IMG/VR virus record: IMGVR_UViG_3300037467_001807
Coordinates: 1-60,658 of that record
Reading direction: 5' to 3' (one strand)
Length of the DNA: 60,658 bases
From: a virus
Lineage: Duplodnaviria > Caudoviricetes
Part shown: piece after piece, positions 1 to 8,557 of the stretch
How positions within the stretch are numbered: the first letter of the stretch is position 1
Layout of the letters: every line of letters starts with the position of its first letter
Notes under the pieces: model-generated
The model's database searches: none
What the model was told of the DNA's origin: nothing
Seen by the model: only the letters and a program-made list of their open reading frames with translations
Position numbers and translations under genes: made by a program

Positions 1-148
1 CCTGGAGCGGCGGCTCGCCGCTCAGCGCGGCGTCACCACCAGGATGAAGAACCGGGTCGCGAACGGCGTCTGTCCCTGCTGCAACCGGACCTTCGTCAAC
101 CTGCAGCGCCACATGGCGTCGAAACATGCCGGCTTCGTGGCTGAGGAA
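1..148. repeat. Terminal overlap copy 1 (identical to 60511-60658 except position 22); circular genome
   Basis: Direct comparison: 148 nt, single T/G mismatch (22 vs 60532); one ORF reads through the junction. Confidence 0.95.
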
Positions 149-177
149 GTCCAGGAACAGGTCGGAAGGACGCTGCA

Positions 178-1443
178 ATGAGCACCGTCGCTCGCCTCAC
201 CGACCACCTGGCCCAGCGCGCCGCCACCCTGGAGGCTGAGGCAGAGCATGCCGGTCAAGCGGCGAGCCTGGAGATCGGATCGATCCAGGGCGGAGGCGGC
301 GGCACGCTCTACCTCAACCTGGAACGGCTTCTCGCCGGACGCCTGCTTGTCCAGGGCAGCTCCGGCGCCGGCAAGAGCTCGGCGCTGCGCAAGATCATCG
401 AAGAGGCGTTCGAGTACGTCACCACCATGATCGTCGATCCCGACGGGGAGTTCGGGAACCTCGCCGAGCATATCGGGGCGACGACGATCCGCGGGGCGGA
501 GCTGGCCGCAGACGGACTGACGGCCGCGGCGACGCGGGCGAAGCATCACCGGATCAGTCTCCATCTCGACCTCACCGACCTGGCTCCGGACGAGCGGATC
601 GCGAAGGCCGCGGCGTTCTTCGCAGGCCTGGTCTCGGCGCCGCGCGAGGACTGGGCCAACACCGTCCTGATATGCATCGATGAAGCCCACCTCCTGGCTC
701 CGAACCTCGCTGCTTCTGCGCGGGATGCGGAGACACGCAGGCTCGGCGTCGCGGCCCTGACCGACCTCTGTTCCCGGGGTCGGAAGCGCGGGATCGCGCC
801 GGTCATCGCGACCCAGAAGCTGTCGAAGCTCGCCGGGTCCGTGACCTCCGAGCTCCACAACGTCCTCATCGGTCTCAGCGTCTTTGACCGTGACGTCGCC
901 AGGGCCGGCGAGTTCCTCGGGTTCAGCGGCGCCGACGCCGACCAGCTCCGTCACCTCAGCCCCGGCGAGTTCTACGCCTTCGGACCTGCCCTGAGCAGGC
1001 GTCCGATCCTTGGCAAGATCGGGGCTACAGTCACCCGCCACCTCGGAGCGACGCCAGACCTCGTCGGGCCGTCAGACACGACTTCCGAAGAAGCCTCCGA
1101 ACTGCTGGCCCTCGAAGCGCTCAGGGAGACGCCACAGCAGTCCAGGCGAGAACTGGCCCGAGGACCCGGTCGGCATCAGCTCGACGCCTTCCTCATGGAC
1201 CCTGCCGCTGCAGCTGCGGTTCGGATCGTGGAGGCGCTGCGCAAGATCGCGCCCAATGCGACGACGGCAGCCGACCTGGCCGGGCATCTCGGCGTCGAAG
1301 CTGCTGATATCGACGCCGGACTCGATCTCCTCGCGATCCTGGGCGCCGTGGATACGATGCCGAGAGGCGACGGCCGCATCGCCCGGCTCTCCGCACGGCT
1401 TCGACTCCGCGCCTCCGACTGCCCTGTGGTGGGGTTGGCCTGA
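178..1443 (+). CDS. HerA/FtsK-like ATPase (DUF87-type) with C-terminal winged-helix-like domain
   Basis: Walker A GSSGAGKS, VDPDGEF, Walker B ICIDEAH, GRKRGI, ATQ motifs; C-terminal TAADLAGHLGV HTH-like segment. Confidence 0.85.
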   Translation: MSTVARLTDHLAQRAATLEAEAEHAGQAASLEIGSIQGGGGGTLYLNLERLLAGRLLVQGSSGAGKSSALRKIIEEAFEYVTTMIVDPDGEFGNLAEHIGATTIRGAELAADGLTAAATRAKHHRISLHLDLTDLAPDERIAKAAAFFAGLVSAPREDWANTVLICIDEAHLLAPNLAASARDAETRRLGVAALTDLCSRGRKRGIAPVIATQKLSKLAGSVTSELHNVLIGLSVFDRDVARAGEFLGFSGADADQLRHLSPGEFYAFGPALSRRPILGKIGATVTRHLGATPDLVGPSDTTSEEASELLALEALRETPQQSRRELARGPGRHQLDAFLMDPAAAAAVRIVEALRKIAPNATTAADLAGHLGVEAADIDAGLDLLAILGAVDTMPRGDGRIARLSARLRLRASDCPVVGLA

Positions 1444-2654
1444 TGGAGCTCGGAGCCGACATCGTCGAGCTTGCGCCATACGTCCCGCCGGCTCCGGCTC
1501 CGCTGCGCGAGATCGCGTACCGGAGAGACGCCTGGTCGGCGGACCAGGTCGAGACGCTCCGACGCCTTTTCGAAGCCGATGAACCTATCGCGGAAATAGC
1601 CGCAGCCCTCGGCCGTCCCTTCCAGGGCGTCCGGCACAAGATCTACGAGCTGGCCCTGCGCCGAAATTCGCAGCGACCCTGGTCCGAGCTCGAGGACGCC
1701 GAGCTGGCCCAGCGCTACGGTTCCGAGACGGCCGCGACCATCGCCCAGGACCTCGGGCGAGGCGTCTGCGCTGTCTATTCGAGGGCCGCCCTGCTCGGTC
1801 TCTCTGAGCCTTCCGCGCTGCCATGGACGGAGTGGGAACTCGCCCAACTTAGGGCCGGGTTCAGCTCCGGCGTTCCTGTCGCTCAGATCGCGGTGCTGAT
1901 CGGTCGGCCGGTGTCCGGTGTCCGCGACAAGGCCCACAACTTGAGCCTGCGACACGCCACGACGCCTCCGGACTGGTCGGAGGATGAGGTCGGCCGGATG
2001 GTCGAGCTGGCCCACCAAGGCGTCCGCTATCTCCGGATCATCGAGATGCTGGTGTCTGAAGGCTTCCCGCGGCGGACGCTCAGCGCTCTCAAAGGCCAGC
2101 TCTGGAAGACCGGATACGGCCGCGGCTGGGGCAGGCCCTGGAACCCCGATGAAGACGAACTGCTCCGTCGCGCCTATCAGGACGGTGCAAGCCTGACGCC
2201 CCTCCTAGAGCGTCTTGGGCGCACCAAGACCTCGATGGCGCATCGCGCCAGCTTCCTCGGTATCCGAGGCACCCACGCCAGGCCGAACGGATTCCGGCAG
2301 GGTCCGGATTGGACCGAGGCGGAAGAAGCGCGGCTGCGCGAGACCTACGGCAAGGTCCGTCCGAAGGAGATTGCCGCCGAACTGGGACGGCCGATTCGGG
2401 CAATCTACAGCCGGGCGAACAGGCTCGGGCTCGTCGATCGCGCGGTCTTCTCCGAGCTGGACAAGCGTGCCGTCGCAATCGCCTGCCGCCACCAGCTCCG
2501 GCTCAAGGATGTCGCCGTCGCCCTCCGTCGCCCCTACGGCGGCCTCTCAAAGTATGCAGCCAAGCAGGGGCTCAGCTTTGCCGACACCCGGCACCAGCGT
2601 CCGGCGCGGCCGGACCTCACACTGGAACAGATCCTGGAACTGGAGCCCTCATGA
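1443..2654 (+). CDS. Protein with seven tandem Myb/GcrA-N-terminal-like HTH repeats
   Basis: Repeated W(S/T)xxE..L....G....IA..LGR....V..(R/K)A..LGL; TGATG coupling to the ATPase gene. Confidence 0.8.
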   Translation: MELGADIVELAPYVPPAPAPLREIAYRRDAWSADQVETLRRLFEADEPIAEIAAALGRPFQGVRHKIYELALRRNSQRPWSELEDAELAQRYGSETAATIAQDLGRGVCAVYSRAALLGLSEPSALPWTEWELAQLRAGFSSGVPVAQIAVLIGRPVSGVRDKAHNLSLRHATTPPDWSEDEVGRMVELAHQGVRYLRIIEMLVSEGFPRRTLSALKGQLWKTGYGRGWGRPWNPDEDELLRRAYQDGASLTPLLERLGRTKTSMAHRASFLGIRGTHARPNGFRQGPDWTEAEEARLRETYGKVRPKEIAAELGRPIRAIYSRANRLGLVDRAVFSELDKRAVAIACRHQLRLKDVAVALRRPYGGLSKYAAKQGLSFADTRHQRPARPDLTLEQILELEPS

Positions 2655-3079
2655 TCAACGGCCACAAGACGCCACAGTCGCTCAAGGAGGAGCTGGAGGC
2701 GAACGCGCAGGTCAATGCCGCGGCCCGGTTCTGGATGCTGGCCCAAGCGCAGGAGCTCGCCGAGAACCCTGGTCTCAAGACCGGGCTGGGTTCCACGACC
2801 ATGGCCGACGAGCGACGGCGGATCGCGCTGATCAACCTCGTCGGCCGGCGCGTCGTGCGCCTCATGTTCGGTGTGCTGCTCCGTGAGGTGAGCGCCCGAC
2901 CTGGCGTCTTCACGGCCGCGGTCGCCGCCCTGGCCAACGGCATGGCCCTGGAGATCGGGGAGAACCTGCAGGCTTTTTCCTTCGACGAGCGGCTCCGGGC
3001 CCTGACCGGGCTGACGCAGCAGCTCGCGGCCGGGATGCAGATCGGGCTGGCGGCCGCTGACGACGAGGCGGAGGGCTGA
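2651..3079 (+). CDS. Hypothetical protein
   Basis: ATGA overlap with the upstream gene; starts MINGHK. Confidence 0.7.
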   Translation: MINGHKTPQSLKEELEANAQVNAAARFWMLAQAQELAENPGLKTGLGSTTMADERRRIALINLVGRRVVRLMFGVLLREVSARPGVFTAAVAALANGMALEIGENLQAFSFDERLRALTGLTQQLAAGMQIGLAAADDEAEG

Positions 3080-3081
3080 CG

Positions 3082-3306
3082 ATGGCGCTGGACCGGATCG
3101 AAGCGCGGGAGCGCGCCGAGCGCCTAGGGTGCCTCCCGATCGCGCCTGGCGGCGCGCGGCGCTGGCTGAGCCACGAGGAAGCGATGGCCGCCATCATCGG
3201 CTGCTCGACGACCGTGACCCTGCTTTCGTACGAGGAGGCCATCGGGGCCTACCTGTCACTGCGGGGCGTGGACGTCCCTGACTTTCCGCGGCCGCAGCAG
3301 CGATGA
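3082..3306 (+). CDS. Hypothetical protein
   Basis: SD-like GGAGGG, tight operon packing. Confidence 0.6.
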   Translation: MALDRIEARERAERLGCLPIAPGGARRWLSHEEAMAAIIGCSTTVTLLSYEEAIGAYLSLRGVDVPDFPRPQQR

Positions 3307-3632
3307 GCGAAGCCCGCGACCCTGCCCTCGGTCCCGTGACGGAGGCGCGCTTCCAGGCGGAGTTCGCCGAGCGCGCCATCGTGGGCATCGGCGTCGCGGC
3401 CCGGCTGCTCGGGCTTGACGAGAAGACCGTCGAAGCCCTGACTGCGGCGCGGATCCTGCGGTCGGTCCCGAAGGGCACGAAGCACCGCGGCTACACCGAG
3501 CGGGATCTGCGCGCCTACCTGATCGAAGGGCCTGACCTGGAATGCGCCCGCCCCGAACCGAAGCCGAGGGCCAAGCCCGCGAGCAACGTGCGGCACGTCA
3601 ACTTCTCGGAGCGCCGCGGCCGGCGCCGGTGA
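3303..3632 (+). CDS. xis: Putative excisionase (MerR-like HTH)
   Basis: VGIGVAARLLGLDEKTV...HRGYTERDLRAYL motif; directly upstream of the integrase. Confidence 0.65.
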   Translation: MSEARDPALGPVTEARFQAEFAERAIVGIGVAARLLGLDEKTVEALTAARILRSVPKGTKHRGYTERDLRAYLIEGPDLECARPEPKPRAKPASNVRHVNFSERRGRRR

Positions 3633-3636
3633 CCTC

Positions 3637-4818
3637 GTGAGCGTCTACAAGCCCCGCAACAGCCGCATCTGGCAGTTCGACTTCGTCGTCGCCGGCACGC
3701 GCTACCACGGCTCGACGGGCGTGATGACGAGGCGCGCGGCCGAGGGCGTAGAGCGGACCAAGCGCAACGAGGTCGCCAGCGGCCAGTTCGGCTCGGTAGC
3801 CCAGATGACCTTCGACGCCGCCGCGGGCCGCTACTGGGAGGAGAAGGGCAAGCACCGCGGCGATGCGGACGATGTGGAACGCCGGATCGAGGTGCTTCTG
3901 ATCCTGATCGGCAAGACCACCAAGCTCGCGGACATCCACCAGGCGAAGGTCGCAGAGGCCATCGAGAAGCGGCGCGGGATGACCTACACGAAGCGCCGGG
4001 GCGATCAGACCGACGCCATGAAGGCGAAGGCGCGCAAGCGGGACCGCGACAAGGGCCCCGTCAAGGAGTATGCGCCGACGGCCGCCACGGTGAACCGGGA
4101 CGTGATTGACACCCTGCGGCCGATCCTGCGCCGCGCCCGGACCCACTGGACGCCGAAGAACTCGCAGCACGGGCTCCCGGAGATCGATTGGCGCGAGCTG
4201 CGCCTGACCGAGCCGCGCGAGCTCGTGCGGACCTACAGCGCTCGGGAGCGCGGATCCTGGGTTGACGCCTGCGAGGCCGAGAACGTGCGCCTGGCCGTCG
4301 AGATGATCCTCACCTATGGCCTGCGGTTCGGGGAGTTGTTCTTCGAGCCCGGCGCCTTCATGCCGGAGACCGACGACGGCGCCGTCCTGAAGCTCCAGAA
4401 GGGCCGCAAGAAGGACGTCGTGCTCTACCTGCCGATCGTAGAGCGCCACGCGCGGCAGCTGGCCGCCCTCGCCGGCCGGGCGGTCGCCGCAGGCCTACCG
4501 CACCTCTGGTTCGACGAGAAGGCCGGCAAGCTGATCCCCCTCACCTACGGCCAGCTGGAGTACCGGGTGCGCAAGGCGGCGGACGCCGGCGGCGTTCAGG
4601 GCGAGCGGCGCATCCATGGCGCGCGCCACCATGCCGGCTCGGCCATGCTGCGCAAGACCAAGAACCTGAAGGCCGTCCAGCAGCTGCTCGGGCATGCCAC
4701 GATCGCCAGTTCGCAGCGCTATGCCCACGTCCTGATCGGTGACCTTCGGGCGGCCCTGGAAGACGACATTCCCCGGAATAGTCCCGAAGCGCCGACCCCG
4801 GAGAAGAAGAAAGCGTAG
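3637..4818 (+). CDS. int: Tyrosine integrase
   Basis: YGLRFGEL (R), HGARH (HxxR), LLGH, QRYAH (Y); N-terminal arm-binding-like WQFDF...RYHGSTG. Confidence 0.95.
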   Translation: MSVYKPRNSRIWQFDFVVAGTRYHGSTGVMTRRAAEGVERTKRNEVASGQFGSVAQMTFDAAAGRYWEEKGKHRGDADDVERRIEVLLILIGKTTKLADIHQAKVAEAIEKRRGMTYTKRRGDQTDAMKAKARKRDRDKGPVKEYAPTAATVNRDVIDTLRPILRRARTHWTPKNSQHGLPEIDWRELRLTEPRELVRTYSARERGSWVDACEAENVRLAVEMILTYGLRFGELFFEPGAFMPETDDGAVLKLQKGRKKDVVLYLPIVERHARQLAALAGRAVAAGLPHLWFDEKAGKLIPLTYGQLEYRVRKAADAGGVQGERRIHGARHHAGSAMLRKTKNLKAVQQLLGHATIASSQRYAHVLIGDLRAALEDDIPRNSPEAPTPEKKKA

Positions 4819-5029
4819 TGGCGGCGGGGACTTAGGTGCAGGCGCCCTAAGGTCTTGAAAACCGCCGTGCGTGCAAGCGCACCGTGGGTTCGAATCCCAC
4901 CCTGTCCGCCAGCGCGTTGATCCTGCACGGGTTTTACGTGCGGGGTCGACGCGGCCAGGATCGACGGCCGGAGAACGAACCGGAAAAACCCCCGAAGCAG
5001 CCCCCTGGAAGTCCCGAAATAGTCCCGAG
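4772..5029. repeat. Putative integrase arm-type sites flanking the attP core
   Basis: CCCGGAATAGTCCCGAA (4772-4788) and TCCCGAAATAGTCCCGAG (5012-5029), with a weaker copy near 4980-4996. Confidence 0.6.
4851..4911 (+). other. attP: attP core: 3' part of tRNA-Ser(TGA), from anticodon arm to CCA
   Basis: GGTCTTGAAAACCG anticodon loop, long variable arm, GGTTCGAATCC T-arm, CCA end; no 5' half; 33 nt after the int stop. Confidence 0.9.
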
Positions 5030-5063
5030 ATGATGTTCGGCGGCCGTTCGCGGAGGCGGCGGG

Positions 5064-5393
5064 ATGGACGACATCATGACCGATGCGCAGAAGCGCGAGC
5101 GCCATGCGGCCTGGCTGAAGAGCTTCGGCTTCAGCGACCAGGACTGGCGGCGGATGAAGGATCTGGCCGAGCGCGTGACCGGGAATGCGAACCCTCCGGC
5201 GCTGATCGACCTTTCAGTCCCCATCCGGGTCGCGGCATGCCCGCCCAAGGACGCGAGGCATTTCAATGGCCGGCTGTTGGGCGTCCACGCCGGCGCCGCC
5301 CTGCTCTACTGGCCAATGTCGGAGCGAGAGGTCGAGAGCTGGACCCGGAGGGTACGGCCGCTGGCGCCTCGAACGCAAAAGCCCCCGGCCTGA
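5064..5393 (+). CDS. Hypothetical protein downstream of attP
   Basis: GGAGG upstream of ATG; ends in a hairpin. Confidence 0.55.
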   Translation: MDDIMTDAQKRERHAAWLKSFGFSDQDWRRMKDLAERVTGNANPPALIDLSVPIRVAACPPKDARHFNGRLLGVHAGAALLYWPMSEREVESWTRRVRPLAPRTQKPPA

Positions 5394-5410
5394 TGGGACC
5401 GAGGGCTTGG
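5377..5410. terminator. Hairpin terminator between convergent genes
   Basis: AAAAGCCCCCGG...CCGAGGGCTT. Confidence 0.5.
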
Positions 5411-5486
5411 CGGTGTCGTTCGCGGCTGGTCGGGTTTGGGGGGATGGGACCGCCGCACCCGTTCAACGCGCGGATCCTGCGCAGGT

Positions 5487-5702
5487 TCAGACCAGCTCGG
5501 TAAGGCCATCCGGGTCATGCTTGGCGATCACCGCCTTGAGGCGCGCGATCTGCTCCTCGGTCCGGGCGATGCTGTCGGCCGTCGTGTCGCGGTCGCCCTC
5601 ACGGGTGCGGAAGGCGCCGCCCTGGAGCACCTCCAGCTGTTGTCGCAGCTCGGCTACGGTCCGGCGGTGATGGTGGAGCAGTTCGGCGAGCGCTGGCGTC
5701 AT
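5487..5702 (-). CDS. Small coiled-coil hypothetical protein
   Basis: MTPALAELL...; GGAG upstream; amphipathic helices. Confidence 0.55.
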   Translation of the reverse strand: MTPALAELLHHHRRTVAELRQQLEVLQGGAFRTREGDRDTTADSIARTEEQIARLKAVIAKHDPDGLTELV

Positions 5703-5732
5703 GGCTGGACCGTAGCTCCGGCTGCGGAAACG

Positions 5733-5768
5733 AAAAAGGCCCCCCGGCGGCGCAACCGGAGGGCCTTT
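5733..5768 (-). terminator. Rho-independent terminator (possibly bidirectional)
   Basis: GC stem with T5 on the minus strand and TTT on the plus strand. Confidence 0.75.
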
Positions 5769-5881
5769 GTGCTGTCCGCTGATGTGCGCGCCGGTGAGGC
5801 CGTTACATGGCCGCCTCCGTAGGTTCCAGGGTCTCGTGGCGGGGTTCGAGCCCGCGCGAGGCTCTGACACCCTATGGAACG

Positions 5882-5913
5882 AAAAGGACCCCGCAGCGCG
5901 AGGCTGCAGGGCC
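5882..5913 (-). terminator. Putative terminator ending the late operon
   Basis: Imperfect GC stem followed by TTTT on the minus strand, after the DUF1353-like gene. Confidence 0.5.
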
Positions 5914-5953
5914 CAGGTGCGGCGCGCCTGTGGGGGAGGATGTTGCGCCGGTT

Positions 5954-6505
5954 CTAGTGGCCCCATCCGGAGCCGCCGAAGCCGCGCACGGCTTCGAAGA
6001 TCACCACCCGCTTCCAGGTCGGAACCTGCAGGGCGACCATGCCCTCGCGGAGGATCTCGTCGCACTCGGCTCGGGTGTATGGCTTGGCTCTGGTCCGGCC
6101 GAGGTGCGCGTACCACTGGAACGTCCCCTTCGTCCGGTAGCAGGCGTCATGGGGGAGCGCCACCTCGGCCCACGGTCCGTCGGGCGGGAGGACCCACCAG
6201 ACCGGTTGCGGGATAGAGGCGAGGTCGGTCCGCTGGCCGGCGAAGAACGTCACCGTCTCGCCGGCGTCGGTCTTCAGCGAGACCGGGTTGCGGGCGGCGT
6301 AGTACTGATGGCCGTTGCGGAGGACGGGGCAACGGGTCTTCGCGACCGCCTTCCCCGCCTTGTCCTTGCAATCGGCGAAGAGCGGGACGAGCTCGAACTT
6401 CCCGCTGAAGGTTGCCGCCCGCGCGTGGCAGGCGAACGCCAACGCCAGGACCGCGAGGAGGCCCGCCACGACAGCGAGCCTCCCACGCGTGGTCAGGATG
6501 CCCAT
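5954..6505 (-). CDS. DUF1353-like protein with signal peptide
   Basis: TDLASIP..W...G.W...A.PHD..Y...TRAECD.IL.E.M...F.AVR.FG motif. Confidence 0.8.
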   Translation of the reverse strand: MGILTTRGRLAVVAGLLAVLALAFACHARAATFSGKFELVPLFADCKDKAGKAVAKTRCPVLRNGHQYYAARNPVSLKTDAGETVTFFAGQRTDLASIPQPVWWVLPPDGPWAEVALPHDACYRTKGTFQWYAHLGRTRAKPYTRAECDEILREGMVALQVPTWKRVVIFEAVRGFGGSGWGH

Positions 6506-6509
6506 CGGC

Positions 6510-6983
6510 CTACTTGCCGGGGGCGGTCGCCGAGGCAGGCTGCGCCGGCGCCAGCGGGCTCAGGGGAGGCACGGTCGAGGGCGTGGCCAGGCCATTGCCC
6601 TTACAGTCAACCGAACCGCTGACCGCCGCCCCCGGTGTGACAACCCCAACTCCGGCCTGAAACGTGATGTGCCGGTCGCACTGGGCGAAGTTCTGGTCGA
6701 GCTGCTTCAGCAGGTCGGCCGAGCCTTGCTGGCCCAGGCTGGAACAGCCGGCGGCGCCGACCGCGACGCCCACCATCGCGATCGCCGGCAGGATGAAGCG
6801 GAGCACGCGTCGGCGCTGGTCCGGCCGGAGCGCGATCAGGCTGAGCACCAGGATGGCCAGCGCGATCGCCGCGAGGAAGTGGATGGGATGGGCGACCGCG
6901 ACCAGCGCGAACTGGCCGTTGAAGGTCAGCAGCGCGAGGGCGACCACCAGGACCGCGAGAGCGGCCAGGAGGAGCTTGAGCAT
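6510..6983 (-). CDS. Membrane protein with internal lipoprotein signal (spanin-like candidate)
   Basis: Two hydrophobic segments, then RRR-hydrophobic-AAG|C lipobox; Pro-rich tail. Confidence 0.6.
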   Translation of the reverse strand: MLKLLLAALAVLVVALALLTFNGQFALVAVAHPIHFLAAIALAILVLSLIALRPDQRRRVLRFILPAIAMVGVAVGAAGCSSLGQQGSADLLKQLDQNFAQCDRHITFQAGVGVVTPGAAVSGSVDCKGNGLATPSTVPPLSPLAPAQPASATAPGK

Positions 6984-7026
6984 TGGATAGTCCTTAGGCT
7001 GAGCCCGGTCATCCCCCGGGCGGGGA

Positions 7027-7500
7027 TCAGGTTTTCCGCTTCCGGGTCTGCACGATCCGGGCGGGGCCGAGGTGCCAGGCGAGCTTCTCCCACGCCGGCG
7101 GCGGGTCGGTGACGTACATGCCGAGCGGGTGGCGAGGGTTTTCCTTGCCGGGATACCTCTTGTTTGCGTGGCTCATCGACTGGATCTGGAAGTCGACAGG
7201 CAGACCGCCAGTCTGCTCACGCAGGTAAAGGCTGATCGATGTGCAGAGGAGCTGCCAGAAGGTCGTCAGTTGGCTATCGCCGCTGGTTCCGAACAGGAGC
7301 TCGAACTTGGCGTCGCCCATGATCATCCGGACGTCGACATCTCGGAAGTCCGGCCGCTGGAGAGCAGAGCCCACGAGGTAGCAGTGCTCATCGAAAGCGC
7401 GGTTCACGAACCACAACGCCTGACTCAGCCGAAACAGCGTCGGCGGCCCCAGATAGCAGGACTTCTCGCGCTTAGTTGGACCGGCTTTCCGCGGGGCCAT
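7027..7500 (-). CDS. Minimal Pol-beta-superfamily nucleotidyltransferase
   Basis: YLVGS..x..RDVDV motif and third Asp in PVDFQIQ. Confidence 0.7.
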   Translation of the reverse strand: MAPRKAGPTKREKSCYLGPPTLFRLSQALWFVNRAFDEHCYLVGSALQRPDFRDVDVRMIMGDAKFELLFGTSGDSQLTTFWQLLCTSISLYLREQTGGLPVDFQIQSMSHANKRYPGKENPRHPLGMYVTDPPPAWEKLAWHLGPARIVQTRKRKT

Positions 7501-7796
7501 CAGCGGATCTCGCCGTTCGTGATGAAGCCGTGCCAGTGACCCGCTTCGCTCGCGTCCACCGAAGGCGTCAGGCTCACGTCGGCGAAGCTGCTGCCGCCGG
7601 CGACCGTCCAGACGTGCTCGCCATCGCGGAAGACCTGCAGCGTGTTCGGGTCATCGTCCAAGGCCGTGCCGTCGAGGTGGACGGCGATGGCGAGGCGCTG
7701 GCCGGTGCTTGGGCAATGCGGGCAGTTGAAGCTGAAGCCGAGACGCCCACCGCCGTAGGTGGCGTACCAGCGCGGCTCTAGGTCCATGAGGCGCAT
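7500..7796 (-). CDS. DUF6527-like small metal-binding protein
   Basis: CPHC ... W ... SLTPSV ... HWHGFITNG. Confidence 0.6.
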   Translation of the reverse strand: MRLMDLEPRWYATYGGGRLGFSFNCPHCPSTGQRLAIAVHLDGTALDDDPNTLQVFRDGEHVWTVAGGSSFADVSLTPSVDASEAGHWHGFITNGEIR

Positions 7797-7804
7797 GGCG
7801 GCTC

Positions 7805-8371
7805 CTACTCGGCGGGGGTGGGGGTGAGGTCGTCCCGCACACCCGGCGCCGGGGAGGCCTTCTCGGGCTCACCCGGCAGAGGTCCGACGTACTTTTCATA
7901 GGCGACCAGCCAGTTGCCGAGGAGCGCCGCCCTCGCCTCCTCAAGGCTGATCGTGCCCTTGCAGACCGCGCGGGAAAGCTTGGTCTCCAACACGTCCTTG
8001 ACCCGGGCGCCGTAGCGGTCGGCGTAGATCATCCACCAAAGGTTGGCTGGGTCGGAAGGATGGCCGCCGTCCTCGATCGAGAGACGGTGATCGAGCTCCC
8101 CGTCGAGCGGCTTGTGGCCGGCCGGGGTCAGGGCGTTCCGGAGCTTGTCGGTGTAGCTGGTCTTGGGCCGCACCGTGGCCGTCCAGCCGTGGACGCAGAT
8201 CGTCGTCTTGATCGTGGCGTCGGTCACCGCCGAGTTGATCACGCCCGGGTGCGCGCCATCCGGCAGGACGTGGGCGGCGACCAACTGGTCATAGGTCCGG
8301 CCGTCCGGAGCGACGTACGAGGCAGGCGACGACGCGCTGACGGCCGCAGCCGCCGCGAGGGCGAGAAGCAT
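7805..8371 (-). CDS. Secreted HNH-like (His-Me finger) protein
   Basis: Ala-rich signal-like N-terminus; ELDHRLSIEDGGHPSDPANLW...KDVLE; two Cys. Confidence 0.65.
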   Translation of the reverse strand: MLLALAAAAAVSASSPASYVAPDGRTYDQLVAAHVLPDGAHPGVINSAVTDATIKTTICVHGWTATVRPKTSYTDKLRNALTPAGHKPLDGELDHRLSIEDGGHPSDPANLWWMIYADRYGARVKDVLETKLSRAVCKGTISLEEARAALLGNWLVAYEKYVGPLPGEPEKASPAPGVRDDLTPTPAE

Positions 8372-8386
8372 GGCGATGTCTCCGGA

Positions 8387-8557
8387 TCAGTCGGTGGGGA
8401 AGACGTGCAAGCGGAGCTGCTCGGCGAGCTCGGTCGGCAGCGTCTCGAAGAGCGCCTCGAGGGCGACGCGCCCGATCCCCTCGAAACCGCGCCACGTGTC
8501 CGGGTCGGCCCCGATGTGGCGGCATACGGCGCGGATCGCGGCTTCCATGGGCGTCAT
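8387..8557 (-). CDS. Hypothetical protein
   Basis: ATGA coupling; MTPMEAAIRAVC. Confidence 0.45.
   Translation of the reverse strand: MTPMEAAIRAVCRHIGADPDTWRGFEGIGRVALEALFETLPTELAEQLRLHVFPTD

Noticed and set aside
178-1443. Sir2-HerA or NurA-HerA system
   Set aside because: No sirtuin or nuclease partner adjacent
4819-4911. Complete tRNA-Ser gene
   Set aside because: The 5' acceptor strand and D-arm are absent and upstream sequence does not pair with the 3' acceptor strand; interpreted as attP core
4912-5487. Similarity between GCGCGTTGATCCTGCACGGGTT (4912) and ACGCGCGGATCCTGCGCAGGTT (5466)
   Set aside because: 17 of 22 identity in GC-rich DNA; too weak to call a secondary att or repeat
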